Source of the DNA: Elusimicrobiota bacterium
Lineage (GTDB): Bacteria; Elusimicrobiota; Elusimicrobia; UBA1565; UBA9628
DNA: 64,000 nt
Assembly: GCA_027452025.1 (NCBI GenBank)
Contig: DAIDHI010000086.1
Location: 15,294-79,293, forward strand
Direction of reading: 5' to 3'
Shown: piece after piece, positions 44,479-53,682 of the stretch
Layout: every line of letters begins with the position of its first letter
How positions within the stretch are numbered: position 1 is the stretch's first letter
Notes under the pieces: generated by a model
Told to the model about the DNA's origin: nothing
Databases searched by the model: none
Seen by the model: only the letters and a program-made list of their open reading frames with translations
Translations under genes and position numbers: made by a program

Positions 44479-45470
44479 CCCTCGCCGCCTGCCTGCTCGC
44501 GCTGTCGCTCTCGCCGGCCCGCGCCGAGCAGACGGCGGCCGTGCGCCGCGGCACGCTGGCCCTGCGCGTGCAGGTCAACGGCACGGTCGTGCCCGCCGAT
44601 ATCGTGCGGCTCAAGGCCACCATCGACGGGCGAGTCGAGGACATCCTCACCCCCGACGGCGGCTGGGCCTACGCGGGCCACCCCATCGGCCACCTCGCCA
44701 ACCGCGAGATGGCCGCCCTGCTCGACGCCCACCAGACCACGGAGAAGGGCGTGCTCGAGCAGCGCTGGCGCGAGGTTTACCAGCCGACCGAGATCATGTG
44801 CCCGCGGGACTGCTACCTCATGCGCACCTACGTCAAGCCGCGCGACTGGGTCAGGGCCCGGGCGCTGCTCTTCGAGGCCGCGCAGGAGCTGCGCCTCGTC
44901 GCCCGCGTGCGTCCCGAGGACGCCCAGTGGATCCACGACGGCCAGAAGGTGGTGTTCTGGGACGCGCGCCATCAGGAGCGCAAGCAAATGGGCGCGGTCA
45001 CCCATTTCCTGCTGGACGTCCAGGGCGAGCGCGCCGCGCCCGGCGCCACCTTCTACATCGAAGGCACGCCGCAGGTCTTCCTTCCCCCGGGCACGCAGTG
45101 GGAAGGCGAGATCGTCCCCGTCGTCAAGCACGACGTGCTTATCGCCCCCACCAACGCCCTCATCCAGTTCGAGGGCTCCGTCTATCTGCCCGTGAAGGTC
45201 TCCACGGGCATCACCACGCCGGGCCTCACCGAGATCACGGCCGGCACCGACGAAGGGCGCGAGGTCCTCGTCATCGACGACTCGCGGCTCAAGGACGCGG
45301 CCAAGCACAAGATGGACGCCGAGGTCGACGCCATCCTGCGAGCGCATCAAGACGACCAGGCAGGACCGGCCCAGGTCCAGATCCAGGCGCCGCCGCCGGC
45401 CCCCAAGCCCGCGCCCGCGCCGCTCCAAGACCCCGACGCCGTCTACGGAGGCGACCCCTATGGACAGTGA
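44475..45470 (+). CDS. Secreted HlyD-family (membrane-fusion-protein-like) beta-barrel protein with Pro-rich tail
   Basis: Signal peptide MTLAACLLALSLSPARAEQ; LRVQVNGTVVPADIVRLKATIDGRVEDI and VLIAPTNALIQFEGSVYLPV resemble MFP beta-barrel segments. No long coiled coil; ATGA overlap with the thyX stop. Confidence 0.45.
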   Translation: MTLAACLLALSLSPARAEQTAAVRRGTLALRVQVNGTVVPADIVRLKATIDGRVEDILTPDGGWAYAGHPIGHLANREMAALLDAHQTTEKGVLEQRWREVYQPTEIMCPRDCYLMRTYVKPRDWVRARALLFEAAQELRLVARVRPEDAQWIHDGQKVVFWDARHQERKQMGAVTHFLLDVQGERAAPGATFYIEGTPQVFLPPGTQWEGEIVPVVKHDVLIAPTNALIQFEGSVYLPVKVSTGITTPGLTEITAGTDEGREVLVIDDSRLKDAAKHKMDAEVDAILRAHQDDQAGPAQVQIQAPPPAPKPAPAPLQDPDAVYGGDPYGQ

Positions 45471-45479
45471 GGCGGCCCC

Positions 45480-46712
45480 ATGGCGCTGAATATCGCACCG
45501 ACCAAACGGGTCCTCGGCATCATCCTCGCCGGCGGCAAGGGCGAACGGCTCTATCCGCTCACCCACGAGCGCTCCAAGCCGGCCGTGCCCTTCGGCGGCA
45601 AGTACCGCATCATCGACTTCGTCCTCTCCAACTTCGTCAATTCGGGCGTGATGTCGATCTACATCCTCGTGCAGTACATGTCCCAGAGCCTCATCGAGTA
45701 CCTGCGCGTGAGCTGGCGCACGGTGGGCCTGACCCGCGACCAGTTCATCACCGTCGTGCCCCCTCAAATGAGGCTGGGCCAAATGTGGTATCGGGGCACC
45801 GCCGACGCCGTGCGCCAGAACCTCAACCTCATCCACGACTTCGACCCCGACATCGTCGCCATTTTCGGGGCCGACCACATCTACCGCATGGACATCGGCC
45901 AGATGCTGCAGTTCCACTCCGAGAAGGGCTCGCAGCTGACCGTGGCGACCATCCCCGTGCCGGTCAAGCAGGCCTCGGGCTTCGGCATCGTCGAGAGCGA
46001 CGCCAAGGGCCGCATCACGGCCTTCGTCGAGAAGCCCGCCAATCCCAAGCCCATGCCCGGCGACCCCGCGCACGCTCTGTCATCGATGGGCAACTACATC
46101 TTCGACAAGGACGTCCTCGTAGAGCTATTGAACGACGAGGCTCTGCAGGACCCGAGCTTCGATTTCGGCAAGTCGATCCTGCCCGACATCCACAAGCGCC
46201 TGAAGGCCTACGCCTACGATTTCTCGAAGAACGTCCTCCCCGGACTGAAGCCCTATGAGGAGAAGGGCTACTGGCGCGACGTGGGCACGATCGCGGCGTT
46301 CTACCACTCGAACATGGACATCCTCGGCGCCAAGCCGAAGCTCAACCTCAACAACCGCCGCTGGTTCATCCACTCCGGCCGCTACGACGGCCCCCCGGCC
46401 AAGATCATCGACGGCAAGATCATCAACTCGATCATCGGCGACGGCTGCTTCGTGCGAAACGCGACGATCAAGAATTCGATCATCGGGCGGGGCGTGCACG
46501 TCCACGACGGCGCCGTTATCGAGGACTCGATCATCATGGACTTCTGCAAGGTCCGGGCCGAGGCGCGCTTGAAGAGGGTCGTCATCGACCGCTTCAACGA
46601 CATCGCCGCCAAGGAAGTCATCGGCCACTCGCAGGCGAAAGACGCGCAGCGCTTCCCGATCGACCCGTCGGGGATCGTGGTGCTGCCGCGCGGAAAGACG
46701 GCCGGACGCTGA
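45480..46712 (+). CDS. glgC: Glucose-1-phosphate adenylyltransferase
   Basis: 410 aa; VLGIILAGGKGERLYPLT...PAVPFGGKYRIIDF; C-terminal left-handed beta-helix. Confidence 0.9.
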   Translation: MALNIAPTKRVLGIILAGGKGERLYPLTHERSKPAVPFGGKYRIIDFVLSNFVNSGVMSIYILVQYMSQSLIEYLRVSWRTVGLTRDQFITVVPPQMRLGQMWYRGTADAVRQNLNLIHDFDPDIVAIFGADHIYRMDIGQMLQFHSEKGSQLTVATIPVPVKQASGFGIVESDAKGRITAFVEKPANPKPMPGDPAHALSSMGNYIFDKDVLVELLNDEALQDPSFDFGKSILPDIHKRLKAYAYDFSKNVLPGLKPYEEKGYWRDVGTIAAFYHSNMDILGAKPKLNLNNRRWFIHSGRYDGPPAKIIDGKIINSIIGDGCFVRNATIKNSIIGRGVHVHDGAVIEDSIIMDFCKVRAEARLKRVVIDRFNDIAAKEVIGHSQAKDAQRFPIDPSGIVVLPRGKTAGR

Positions 46713-47789
46713 CTAAAGCACCGGCGCCGAGCCTATGGACCTAAGAAGCGGCAACAGCCGCCGCGCGGCGCGCGCGGATTTTCGCGAGCGCGCCTGCGGC
46801 GAGTCGAGTTCCTTGAAATAAGCCTCGAGCACCTTCAGCGCCGGCTTTCCCTGCACCGTCATGCTCTTGTCGGCCGGCCCGCCGTCGTTCGCGTCGAGGC
46901 TCCAGCACCACTGCAGGAAGCCCGCGAAGTAGGGCTCGTCTTTGAAGGCGTCGATGAAAGCCTGGAAATAATCCGCCTGCGTGCGGGGGTCCGCCGCGCC
47001 GAAGTCGTTCCAGGCCCAGGGCTTGCGATTGGCGCCCTTTTGGCTGGAGATGCCGATCTCGGTGAAGAGGAGCGGCTTGCCGTAGGCGCGGCAGGCAAGC
47101 TCCAGCACGGGCCGGTAGAGCGCCTTCCATTGAAAGACCATCGCGCGCTCGCTGTGGCCGCCCAGCATCGGAAAGTAGCCGTCGACGCCGACGAAGTCGA
47201 GCAGGCCCCAGAAGTCGACTTCCCCGAAGTCGTAGGCGTGAGCGGCGAAGGTCAGCTTGCCGGAGTAGACGGCGCGCACGCGTCGGATGAGGTCGGCCCA
47301 CTGGGCGCGGTGATTGGGGCCGGCGACGTAGGTCAGCTCCGTGCCGATGACGAGTATTTCGACGCCTTCCGACTGCGCGAGCCGGGCGTAATTCAAGATG
47401 ACAGGGTCGTAGGCGCGAAACCAGGCGCCCGCGTCGCGGGGGCGGACCGGCTTGCCGTCGAGAGTGTTGACGTGCGGCTTGAGCATGACGCGCAGGCCGT
47501 GCGCCTTGGCCTCGCGGATGAACTTGCGCACGGAGTCGTCGGTGGCGGTCTGGTAGGTGCGCCGCATGGTCGAGTCCCGACCGCGGGACTGATACCAAGT
47601 CGGGATCACGGCCACCCATTTGGCGCCCGTGGCGGCCATCCCGTCGAGGCTGCGAGCGGCGGCGTCGCCGCCGTAGGCATCGCTGTTCCACGAAGGCATC
47701 GTGAAGCCGTAAATCCACGGCTGCGCGCCGGAGAAAACCGGCAGCGCGAGGAGAAATACCAGCGCCAGCGGGCAGGCCGAGCGGGCCAC
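46713..47789 (-). CDS. Secreted clan GH-A (TIM-barrel) glycoside hydrolase, family uncertain
   Basis: Signal peptide MARSACPLALVFLLALPVFSGA; candidate acid/base in VIGTELTY and nucleophile in LFTEIGISS, with the 8-strand spacing typical of GH5/26/113-like enzymes. Confidence 0.5.
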   Translation of the reverse strand: MARSACPLALVFLLALPVFSGAQPWIYGFTMPSWNSDAYGGDAAARSLDGMAATGAKWVAVIPTWYQSRGRDSTMRRTYQTATDDSVRKFIREAKAHGLRVMLKPHVNTLDGKPVRPRDAGAWFRAYDPVILNYARLAQSEGVEILVIGTELTYVAGPNHRAQWADLIRRVRAVYSGKLTFAAHAYDFGEVDFWGLLDFVGVDGYFPMLGGHSERAMVFQWKALYRPVLELACRAYGKPLLFTEIGISSQKGANRKPWAWNDFGAADPRTQADYFQAFIDAFKDEPYFAGFLQWCWSLDANDGGPADKSMTVQGKPALKVLEAYFKELDSPQARSRKSARAARRLLPLLRSIGSAPVL

Positions 47790-47827
47790 GAGCAGATCAT
47801 AGCACGACCAAAAGCTATAATGCCGCC

Positions 47828-50131
47828 GTGAACAACAAGTTCGCCTGCATCCACGGGCATTTCTACCAGCCGCCTCGAGAAAACCCCTGGCTGGAGGCGA
47901 TCGAACCCGAGGAGTCCGCGACCCCCTACCGGGACTGGAACGAGCGCATCTTCGACGAGTGCTACGGCCCCAACGCCGCCTGCCCGATGATCGGCCCCAA
48001 TGGCCTCATCGTCGACATGGCGGACAACTACCGCAAGATGAGCTTCAACTTCGGGCCGACTTTGCTTTCCTGGGTCGAGAGCGAGCAGCCGCTGCTCTAC
48101 CGGCGCATCCTCGAGGCCGACGCGTCCGGGGCGAAGGAGAACGACGGCCACGGGCCGGCCGTCGCCCAGCCGTATTACCACGCGATCCTGCCCCTGCAAA
48201 GCGTCTCCGACAAGAGAACGCTCGTGCGCTGGGGCGTCCAGGATTTCCGGGCGCGCTTTCGCCGCGCGCCCGAGGGGATGTGGCTGCCGGAGACGGGCGT
48301 CGACGAGGAAACCCTCGAGGTCCTGGCCGAGGAAGGCCTGCGCTTCACGATCTTGTCGCCCAGGCAGGCGGCGCGCGTGCGAGGCGCGGGCTCGCCCGAC
48401 GACGCGTGGAAGGCGGTCGACGAACGCACGCTCCAGCCGACGAGGCCGTATCGCTGGCGCTCGAGGACGCATCCCGGCCGCTCGCTGGCGATTTTTTTCT
48501 ATCATCAATCCCTCCACCAGGGCATCGTCTCCGGCGACGTCTTCTCCCAGCCGGACCTGCTCTGCCGCAAGATCCTGGCCCGCTTTCATCCGGACGACTC
48601 CACTCAGCTCGTCAGCGCCGCCGCCGACGGCGAGTTCTTCGGACACCACCACAAGGCCGGCGCCGCGGCCCTCGCCCAGACGTTTCGCGGGCTGGCGGCG
48701 GCCGGCGTCGAGCCGGTGTCCTACGCCGCGTTCCTGGCGCGCTTTCCACCGCCCCAGGAAGTCGAGATCCGGCCGCGGACGGCGTGGAGCTGCGAGCACG
48801 AGCTCGGGCGCTGGACGCGGGACTGCGGCTGCCGGCATCGCCCGGATTGGAAGCAGCAATGGCGCGGGCCGCTGCGCGACGCCCTGGATTGGCTGGCGCG
48901 CCAGTGCGACGCCGTCCTGGAGAGGGAAGGCGGCGCCTTCTTGCGCGATTTTCGCGCCGCGCGCGACGCCTACGTGCCGCGGCCCGCGCGGCCGCAGGAG
49001 TGGCTGGAAGAGCAAGCCCGCGGGGCGCTGAGTCTCGAGGCGCGCCGCGAAGCCCTGTCCCTCATGGAGATGCAGCGCCATCGGCTGGCGATGTTCACGA
49101 GCTGCGGCTGGTTCTTCGACGACGTTTCCGGTCTCGAGGCCTCGCAGTGCCTCAAGCACGCGGCCCGGGCGGCGGAGTTGGCCGCCCGCTTCGGCGCCGA
49201 CCCGGAGCCGGGCCTCAGGAGGCTGCTGGCGGCCGCCCCGTCCAACGTCGAAGACTCGGATGGCGCCGTCGTCTACGAGCGCCTCGTCCGGCCCTGCCGC
49301 TTCTCCGCCGAGCGCGCGACCGCGCAGGCGGCGCTGCTTTCGCATATAGGCTGGCCCGCGCCGCGCCTGCCCGCCTGGCGCTGCGAGACAAGCGCGCCCA
49401 AGAGGCTCGAAAAGACCGGCCTGGCCGGGCGCGACCGCTCCTTTTGCGCGATGGAGGCGCGCGCGCGCTTCCTGCCGACCGACGAGGAGTTGGAGGCGCG
49501 CGCCTTCGTCTACCAGCGCGACCGGGTGGACGTGACGTGCTGGCTCTCGCCCGAGGATGCGGGCGGCGCGACCTTCGCCGCCCTGGCCGAGGAATTTCCG
49601 GCTCTCAGCGACGATGAGTTCCTTGCGGGGCTGGGCGAGCGCCTGGGCGGCAGCTGCTGGAAGCTCGACGCCCTCTGCGCCGAGCCGCGCAAAGCCGCCT
49701 GGAGGCTGCTCATGCCGGGGCCCGGAGACGAGCCCAGGCGCCGGGCGTACCTCAAGCGCTGGGCGCGCGCCTTGCAGCGGCCGGGCGCCGAGGAGGTCCC
49801 GGAGCTCTTGGCGCAGGCTCAGGCCCACGGCCTCTCCGCCTCCCATCTACCCGGCGTCGAGGCCGCGCGCGTCCAGCTCGAGGCGGCGCTTCGTCGCGTC
49901 CTCGAAGCTCCCGATCAGGAGACCTTCGCGCGGCTGGGCCGGTGGCTGCGGGCCCTGGAGGCCGCGGGGCTGCCGGTCAGCGTCTGGCGGCTGCGCTTCT
50001 TTTTCTGGGCCTGGCGCGCGCGCATCCTTGCCGCCGGCCCGCGGCCCGGCGAGCGCGAGGCCGCCCTGGCTCTCGGGGAGCGCCTCGGGTTTTCCGATGC
50101 CGCTATGCCTTTTGGTAGGATGGCGGCGTGA
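47828..50131 (+). CDS. Glycoside hydrolase family 57 enzyme (alpha-glucan branching/amylase-like) with C-terminal extension
   Basis: Begins [19 protein letters not shown], the GH57 hallmark; 767 aa. Confidence 0.85.
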   Translation: MNNKFACIHGHFYQPPRENPWLEAIEPEESATPYRDWNERIFDECYGPNAACPMIGPNGLIVDMADNYRKMSFNFGPTLLSWVESEQPLLYRRILEADASGAKENDGHGPAVAQPYYHAILPLQSVSDKRTLVRWGVQDFRARFRRAPEGMWLPETGVDEETLEVLAEEGLRFTILSPRQAARVRGAGSPDDAWKAVDERTLQPTRPYRWRSRTHPGRSLAIFFYHQSLHQGIVSGDVFSQPDLLCRKILARFHPDDSTQLVSAAADGEFFGHHHKAGAAALAQTFRGLAAAGVEPVSYAAFLARFPPPQEVEIRPRTAWSCEHELGRWTRDCGCRHRPDWKQQWRGPLRDALDWLARQCDAVLEREGGAFLRDFRAARDAYVPRPARPQEWLEEQARGALSLEARREALSLMEMQRHRLAMFTSCGWFFDDVSGLEASQCLKHAARAAELAARFGADPEPGLRRLLAAAPSNVEDSDGAVVYERLVRPCRFSAERATAQAALLSHIGWPAPRLPAWRCETSAPKRLEKTGLAGRDRSFCAMEARARFLPTDEELEARAFVYQRDRVDVTCWLSPEDAGGATFAALAEEFPALSDDEFLAGLGERLGGSCWKLDALCAEPRKAAWRLLMPGPGDEPRRRAYLKRWARALQRPGAEEVPELLAQAQAHGLSASHLPGVEAARVQLEAALRRVLEAPDQETFARLGRWLRALEAAGLPVSVWRLRFFFWAWRARILAAGPRPGEREAALALGERLGFSDAAMPFGRMAA

Positions 50132-51078
50132 TCACCAAGCGGCTGACCCTGGACTCGCCCGAGCAGGCGCTCGAGCTGCTGGGCGAGCAGGACGCCGTCC
50201 TGCGGCAGATGGAGAGCGACTTCGGCGTCGAAATGTTCTTGAACCAAGACGTCCAGAGCAACGAGCTGCGCCTCTCCATCAAAGGCAGCGCGCCTCGCGT
50301 CGAGAAGGCCCTGCGCCGCATCCGCGACCGCCTGACCCTGCTGCGCCGCCGCGCCGCCGGCGAGAAATCCCCCGCCGACGCGATCAATCTCAACGCGCCG
50401 ACGCTGCCCGAGGACGGCATCTACCGCTCCGCCTTCGGCAAGATCATCCGGGCGCGCACGCCCAACCAGCATGCCTACGTGGAGGCCATCCTCCGCAACG
50501 ACCTCGTCTTCGGCATCGGCCCGGCGGGCACGGGAAAGACGTTCCTCGCCGTGGCCTGCGCCCTGCGCGCCCTGGAATCGCGCAAGGTCAGCCGCGTCAT
50601 CCTCTCGCGCCCGGTCGTCGAGGCCGGAGAAAAACTCGGCTTTCTTCCCGGCGACCTGCTCGAGAAGATGAACCCTTATCTCAAGCCCCTTTACGACGCC
50701 TTCTTCACCCTGCTCGGCCCCGAGCGCTTCCGCAACTGGCGAGATACCGAGGTCATCGAGATCGTGCCGCTGGCCTACATGCGCGGCCGCACTTTCGAGG
50801 ACGCCTTCATCGTCCTCGACGAGGCTCAAAACACCACCGCCGAGCAGATGAAGATGTTCCTCACGCGCATGGGCAACGGCTCCAAGATCGTCGTCACCGG
50901 AGACGTGACCCAGTCGGACATCTCCACCTCCGTGCCTTCCGGCCTCGTGCGCGTCGCCGACATCCTCAAGGGCGTCGACGGCGTCGAGTTCCACCGCCTC
51001 ACCGAGGAGGACGTCGTGCGCCACCCTTTGGTCAAACGCATCATCAGAGCCTACGGACAATGGGAACACAAGAAATAA
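50128..51078 (+). CDS. phoH: PhoH-like ATPase (YbeZ)
   Basis: 316 aa; Walker [15 protein letters not shown]; GTG start overlapping the GH57 stop. Confidence 0.9.
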   Translation: MITKRLTLDSPEQALELLGEQDAVLRQMESDFGVEMFLNQDVQSNELRLSIKGSAPRVEKALRRIRDRLTLLRRRAAGEKSPADAINLNAPTLPEDGIYRSAFGKIIRARTPNQHAYVEAILRNDLVFGIGPAGTGKTFLAVACALRALESRKVSRVILSRPVVEAGEKLGFLPGDLLEKMNPYLKPLYDAFFTLLGPERFRNWRDTEVIEIVPLAYMRGRTFEDAFIVLDEAQNTTAEQMKMFLTRMGNGSKIVVTGDVTQSDISTSVPSGLVRVADILKGVDGVEFHRLTEEDVVRHPLVKRIIRAYGQWEHKK

Positions 51079-51530
51079 CGGTCAACGTCTTCGGACTGCG
51101 CCTGCTGCCGCCGGCGGCGCGCAAGCCCGGCCTCATCAAGAAAGCCTGCCTGACGACGCTGCGCGCCGAGGGCATCGGGCGCGGCGGAGAGCTCAACGTG
51201 GTCTTCGTCGATCGCCGCCGGATGCTGGAGCTCAACAAGAAATTCCTCAATCACACGCACGACACCGACGTCATCGCCTTCGAGTACGACGGCAAGGAGA
51301 CCTTGCCGGGGCAGCCGGCGGCGGAGGCTGCCTTCGGAGACATCTATATCTGCGCCAGCCAAGCCCGCGTCCAGGCCAAGGAGCTAGAGCACTCCGTGCT
51401 CAAGGAAGCGCTCACGCTGGCCGTGCACGGCACGCTGCACCTCATCGGCTACGACGACGCCACGCCCAGGCAGAAGGCGGCGATGTTTCGCAAGCAAGAC
51501 AGCCTGCTTGTCCAGATCACGAAGCGCTGA
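51060..51530 (+). CDS. ybeY: Endoribonuclease YbeY (rRNA maturation factor)
   Basis: 156 aa; zinc-binding motif [11 protein letters not shown]; overlaps the phoH 3' end by 19 nt. Confidence 0.85.
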   Translation: MGTQEITVNVFGLRLLPPAARKPGLIKKACLTTLRAEGIGRGGELNVVFVDRRRMLELNKKFLNHTHDTDVIAFEYDGKETLPGQPAAEAAFGDIYICASQARVQAKELEHSVLKEALTLAVHGTLHLIGYDDATPRQKAAMFRKQDSLLVQITKR

Positions 51531-53196
51531 GCCGGCCCCTTCCGAAAGCTGGCTTTGGCTCTCGGGCTGGTCGGCGGCCTGCGCCGTCCTCGCCTTCGTG
51601 CCCGACGAGAAGATCCTGCGCTGGAAGCTGCTCGGGCTGGAAGCGGCGACGGGCCTGCTGCTGGCCTTCGCGCTCCTGGACGCCGCGCGAAGACGCCTGT
51701 GGCAGCGCTCGCCGCTGGACCTTCCCGTCGCGCTCTACGGGCTGGCCGCCCTCGGTTTTTTCGCGATCTCTCCCCAGCGCCAGGCGTCCCTTCCGGAACT
51801 CTGCCGGGAGCTCTTCGCCTGCGCGTCCTACTTCGGCGCCAGCCAACTCTTCGCTCGCCTGCGCCGGCCCCAGTGGGCGCTGCTGGCGCTCTCGCTGGCC
51901 GCCGCGGGCGCCGCGGCGATCGCCCTTTCGCCGTCTGCGGTCAGCCGCGCCGCGGGCACGTTCGGCAACCCCGTGCTGCTTGGCACGTATCTGGCGGCGG
52001 CCGCGGCGGCGACGGCGGCGCTCGGCGCCGCCGCGCCCGACCGCTTCACGCGCCAGACCGCCTGGGGCTGCCTTCTGCTCCAGCTCGCCGGGCTTTGGGC
52101 CTCCGGGACGCGCGCGGCCTGGCTCGGGGCGCTGGCGGCCGGCGCGCTTTGGGCGGACCTGCGGCTGCCCGGCCGGCGCAAGGTCGCCGCGTTCGCCGCT
52201 TTGGCCCTCTCGGCGGGCGCGCTGGCCTTCGCCTTCCGCGGACGCCAGTGGACGCACGGACTCATCTGGGACGGCGCCTGGCGGCTTTGGCGGGCGCATC
52301 CCTGGCTTGGCTGCGGGCTCGGGCGCTTCTTCGCGGAGTTCCCCGCCTACGCCTCGCCCGCGCTCAGGGCCTTGTGGCCGCAGGGCCGGCTCATCGTCAA
52401 CTTCGCCCACAACGAGTATCTCCAGACGCTGTGCGAGACGGGGATCGTGGGCCTGGCCTTCCTCGTCTACGTGCCGGCCTCGCTGCTGGCTCTGTTGTTC
52501 AAGAGGCGGCCGACCGGCCCCGCCCTCGCCGCGGGCCTGGCCGCGGCGACGATCTTCGCGGAAAACTTCGTCTCGCCGGACCTGCGCTTCGGAGCCACGG
52601 CCTTCCTCGCCTTCGCCTGCCTCGGCGCGGCGTCGGCACTGTGCGAGCGCCGCGAAGTCCGTTTGCCCGCGCCGGCGTTGTCCGCGGCGCTGGGCTTGTG
52701 CGCGGTCGGCGGCTGGGCCGCGCTGGCCGCCCAGCCCTACTTGGCCGAACGACGCCTCGAGCGCGAGCCCGCCTTCGATATCCAAGCCACGCCCGAGGTC
52801 AAGGAGCAAGCCCGCCGGCTCGAAAACGCGCTCTCCAAGGACCCCGGAAACGCGCAGCTCGCCGCGCGATTGGGCTATCTCTACGCCCAGGTCCGCGCCT
52901 GGCCTCTGGCTCTCCAGCGCTTTGAGCAAGCGGCGCGCTTGGCGCCTCAGGACCCGGGCAACTATAACGACATCGGCAACATCTATTACATGACCGGCCG
53001 GCCCGACGAGGCGATCGAATATTGGAAGAAGTCCCTGGCGGTCAAGCCGGATCAGGTCGACGCCCACGTCAACCTGGCCAAGGTCTACTTCGAGCAGGGC
53101 CGCCTTAAGGAGGCGACGGCCCAGGCCCAAGCCGCGCTGCAGCTGGATCCCGGCAACGAACGCGCGCGCATTTTGCTCAAGAAGATGGTGGAATGA
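51508..53196 (+). CDS. O-antigen ligase (Wzy_C) domain membrane protein with C-terminal TPR repeats
   Basis: Multiple TM segments; Wzy_C-like FAHNEYLQTLCETGIVG; C-terminal TPR units (AQLAARLGYLYAQ, NYNDIGNIYYMTGRPDEAIEYWKKSL, AHVNLAKVYFEQGRLKEA). Start uncertain: TTG 51508 or GTG 51598. Confidence 0.7.
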   Translation: MSRSRSAEPAPSESWLWLSGWSAACAVLAFVPDEKILRWKLLGLEAATGLLLAFALLDAARRRLWQRSPLDLPVALYGLAALGFFAISPQRQASLPELCRELFACASYFGASQLFARLRRPQWALLALSLAAAGAAAIALSPSAVSRAAGTFGNPVLLGTYLAAAAAATAALGAAAPDRFTRQTAWGCLLLQLAGLWASGTRAAWLGALAAGALWADLRLPGRRKVAAFAALALSAGALAFAFRGRQWTHGLIWDGAWRLWRAHPWLGCGLGRFFAEFPAYASPALRALWPQGRLIVNFAHNEYLQTLCETGIVGLAFLVYVPASLLALLFKRRPTGPALAAGLAAATIFAENFVSPDLRFGATAFLAFACLGAASALCERREVRLPAPALSAALGLCAVGGWAALAAQPYLAERRLEREPAFDIQATPEVKEQARRLENALSKDPGNAQLAARLGYLYAQVRAWPLALQRFEQAARLAPQDPGNYNDIGNIYYMTGRPDEAIEYWKKSLAVKPDQVDAHVNLAKVYFEQGRLKEATAQAQAALQLDPGNERARILLKKMVE

Positions 53197-53612
53197 TCGT
53201 CGTCGATCCTCGCGCCTTCCGGCGGCTTTGGCCGGCGCTGGGAGTCTGGCTCTTTCTATTCCTGACCGCCGGCGACGGCGCGGCCATCTTGCGCCGCGAA
53301 GCCGCGCTGCGCTTCGGCCGTCCGGCTCAAGCGACGATCGTCGCCAAGCGGCGGCGGCGCTCTCCGGTCTTGACCTCCATACGGCGCAACGTCGTTTACT
53401 TCGCGCCGCTAGGCGCAAAAACGCTCGACCAAGAAGCGGTCGGCCCGCTTTGGCATGCGCTGTCCCGGGGGCGGCGCGTAGCCGTCCACGTCCTCGGGAC
53501 TCGCGCCTTCCTGGATGACGACCTGGGTTACTCGCGCTGGAAGCTCAGCGTCTTCGGCGCGGCCTTCGCGGCGCTTTGGCTGTGGGCCGCCGCGCGCTAC
53601 CGCTTCGGCTGA
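53193..53612 (+). CDS. Hypothetical small membrane protein
   Basis: 139 aa; ATGA overlap with the upstream stop; two hydrophobic segments. Confidence 0.35.
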   Translation: MIVVDPRAFRRLWPALGVWLFLFLTAGDGAAILRREAALRFGRPAQATIVAKRRRRSPVLTSIRRNVVYFAPLGAKTLDQEAVGPLWHALSRGRRVAVHVLGTRAFLDDDLGYSRWKLSVFGAAFAALWLWAAARYRFG

Positions 53613-53682
53613 GCGGCGCCGCCGACTCAGGCCTTTCTGTTCTCGGTGGGTCGGTAGCGCCAAATTGATATAATTTGTCGTT

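Noticed and set aside
47606-53418. Very long minus-strand ORFs 47606..49846 and 51517..53418
   Set aside because: Antisense to GH57 and to the O-antigen-ligase gene, both of which carry family hallmarks on the plus strand.
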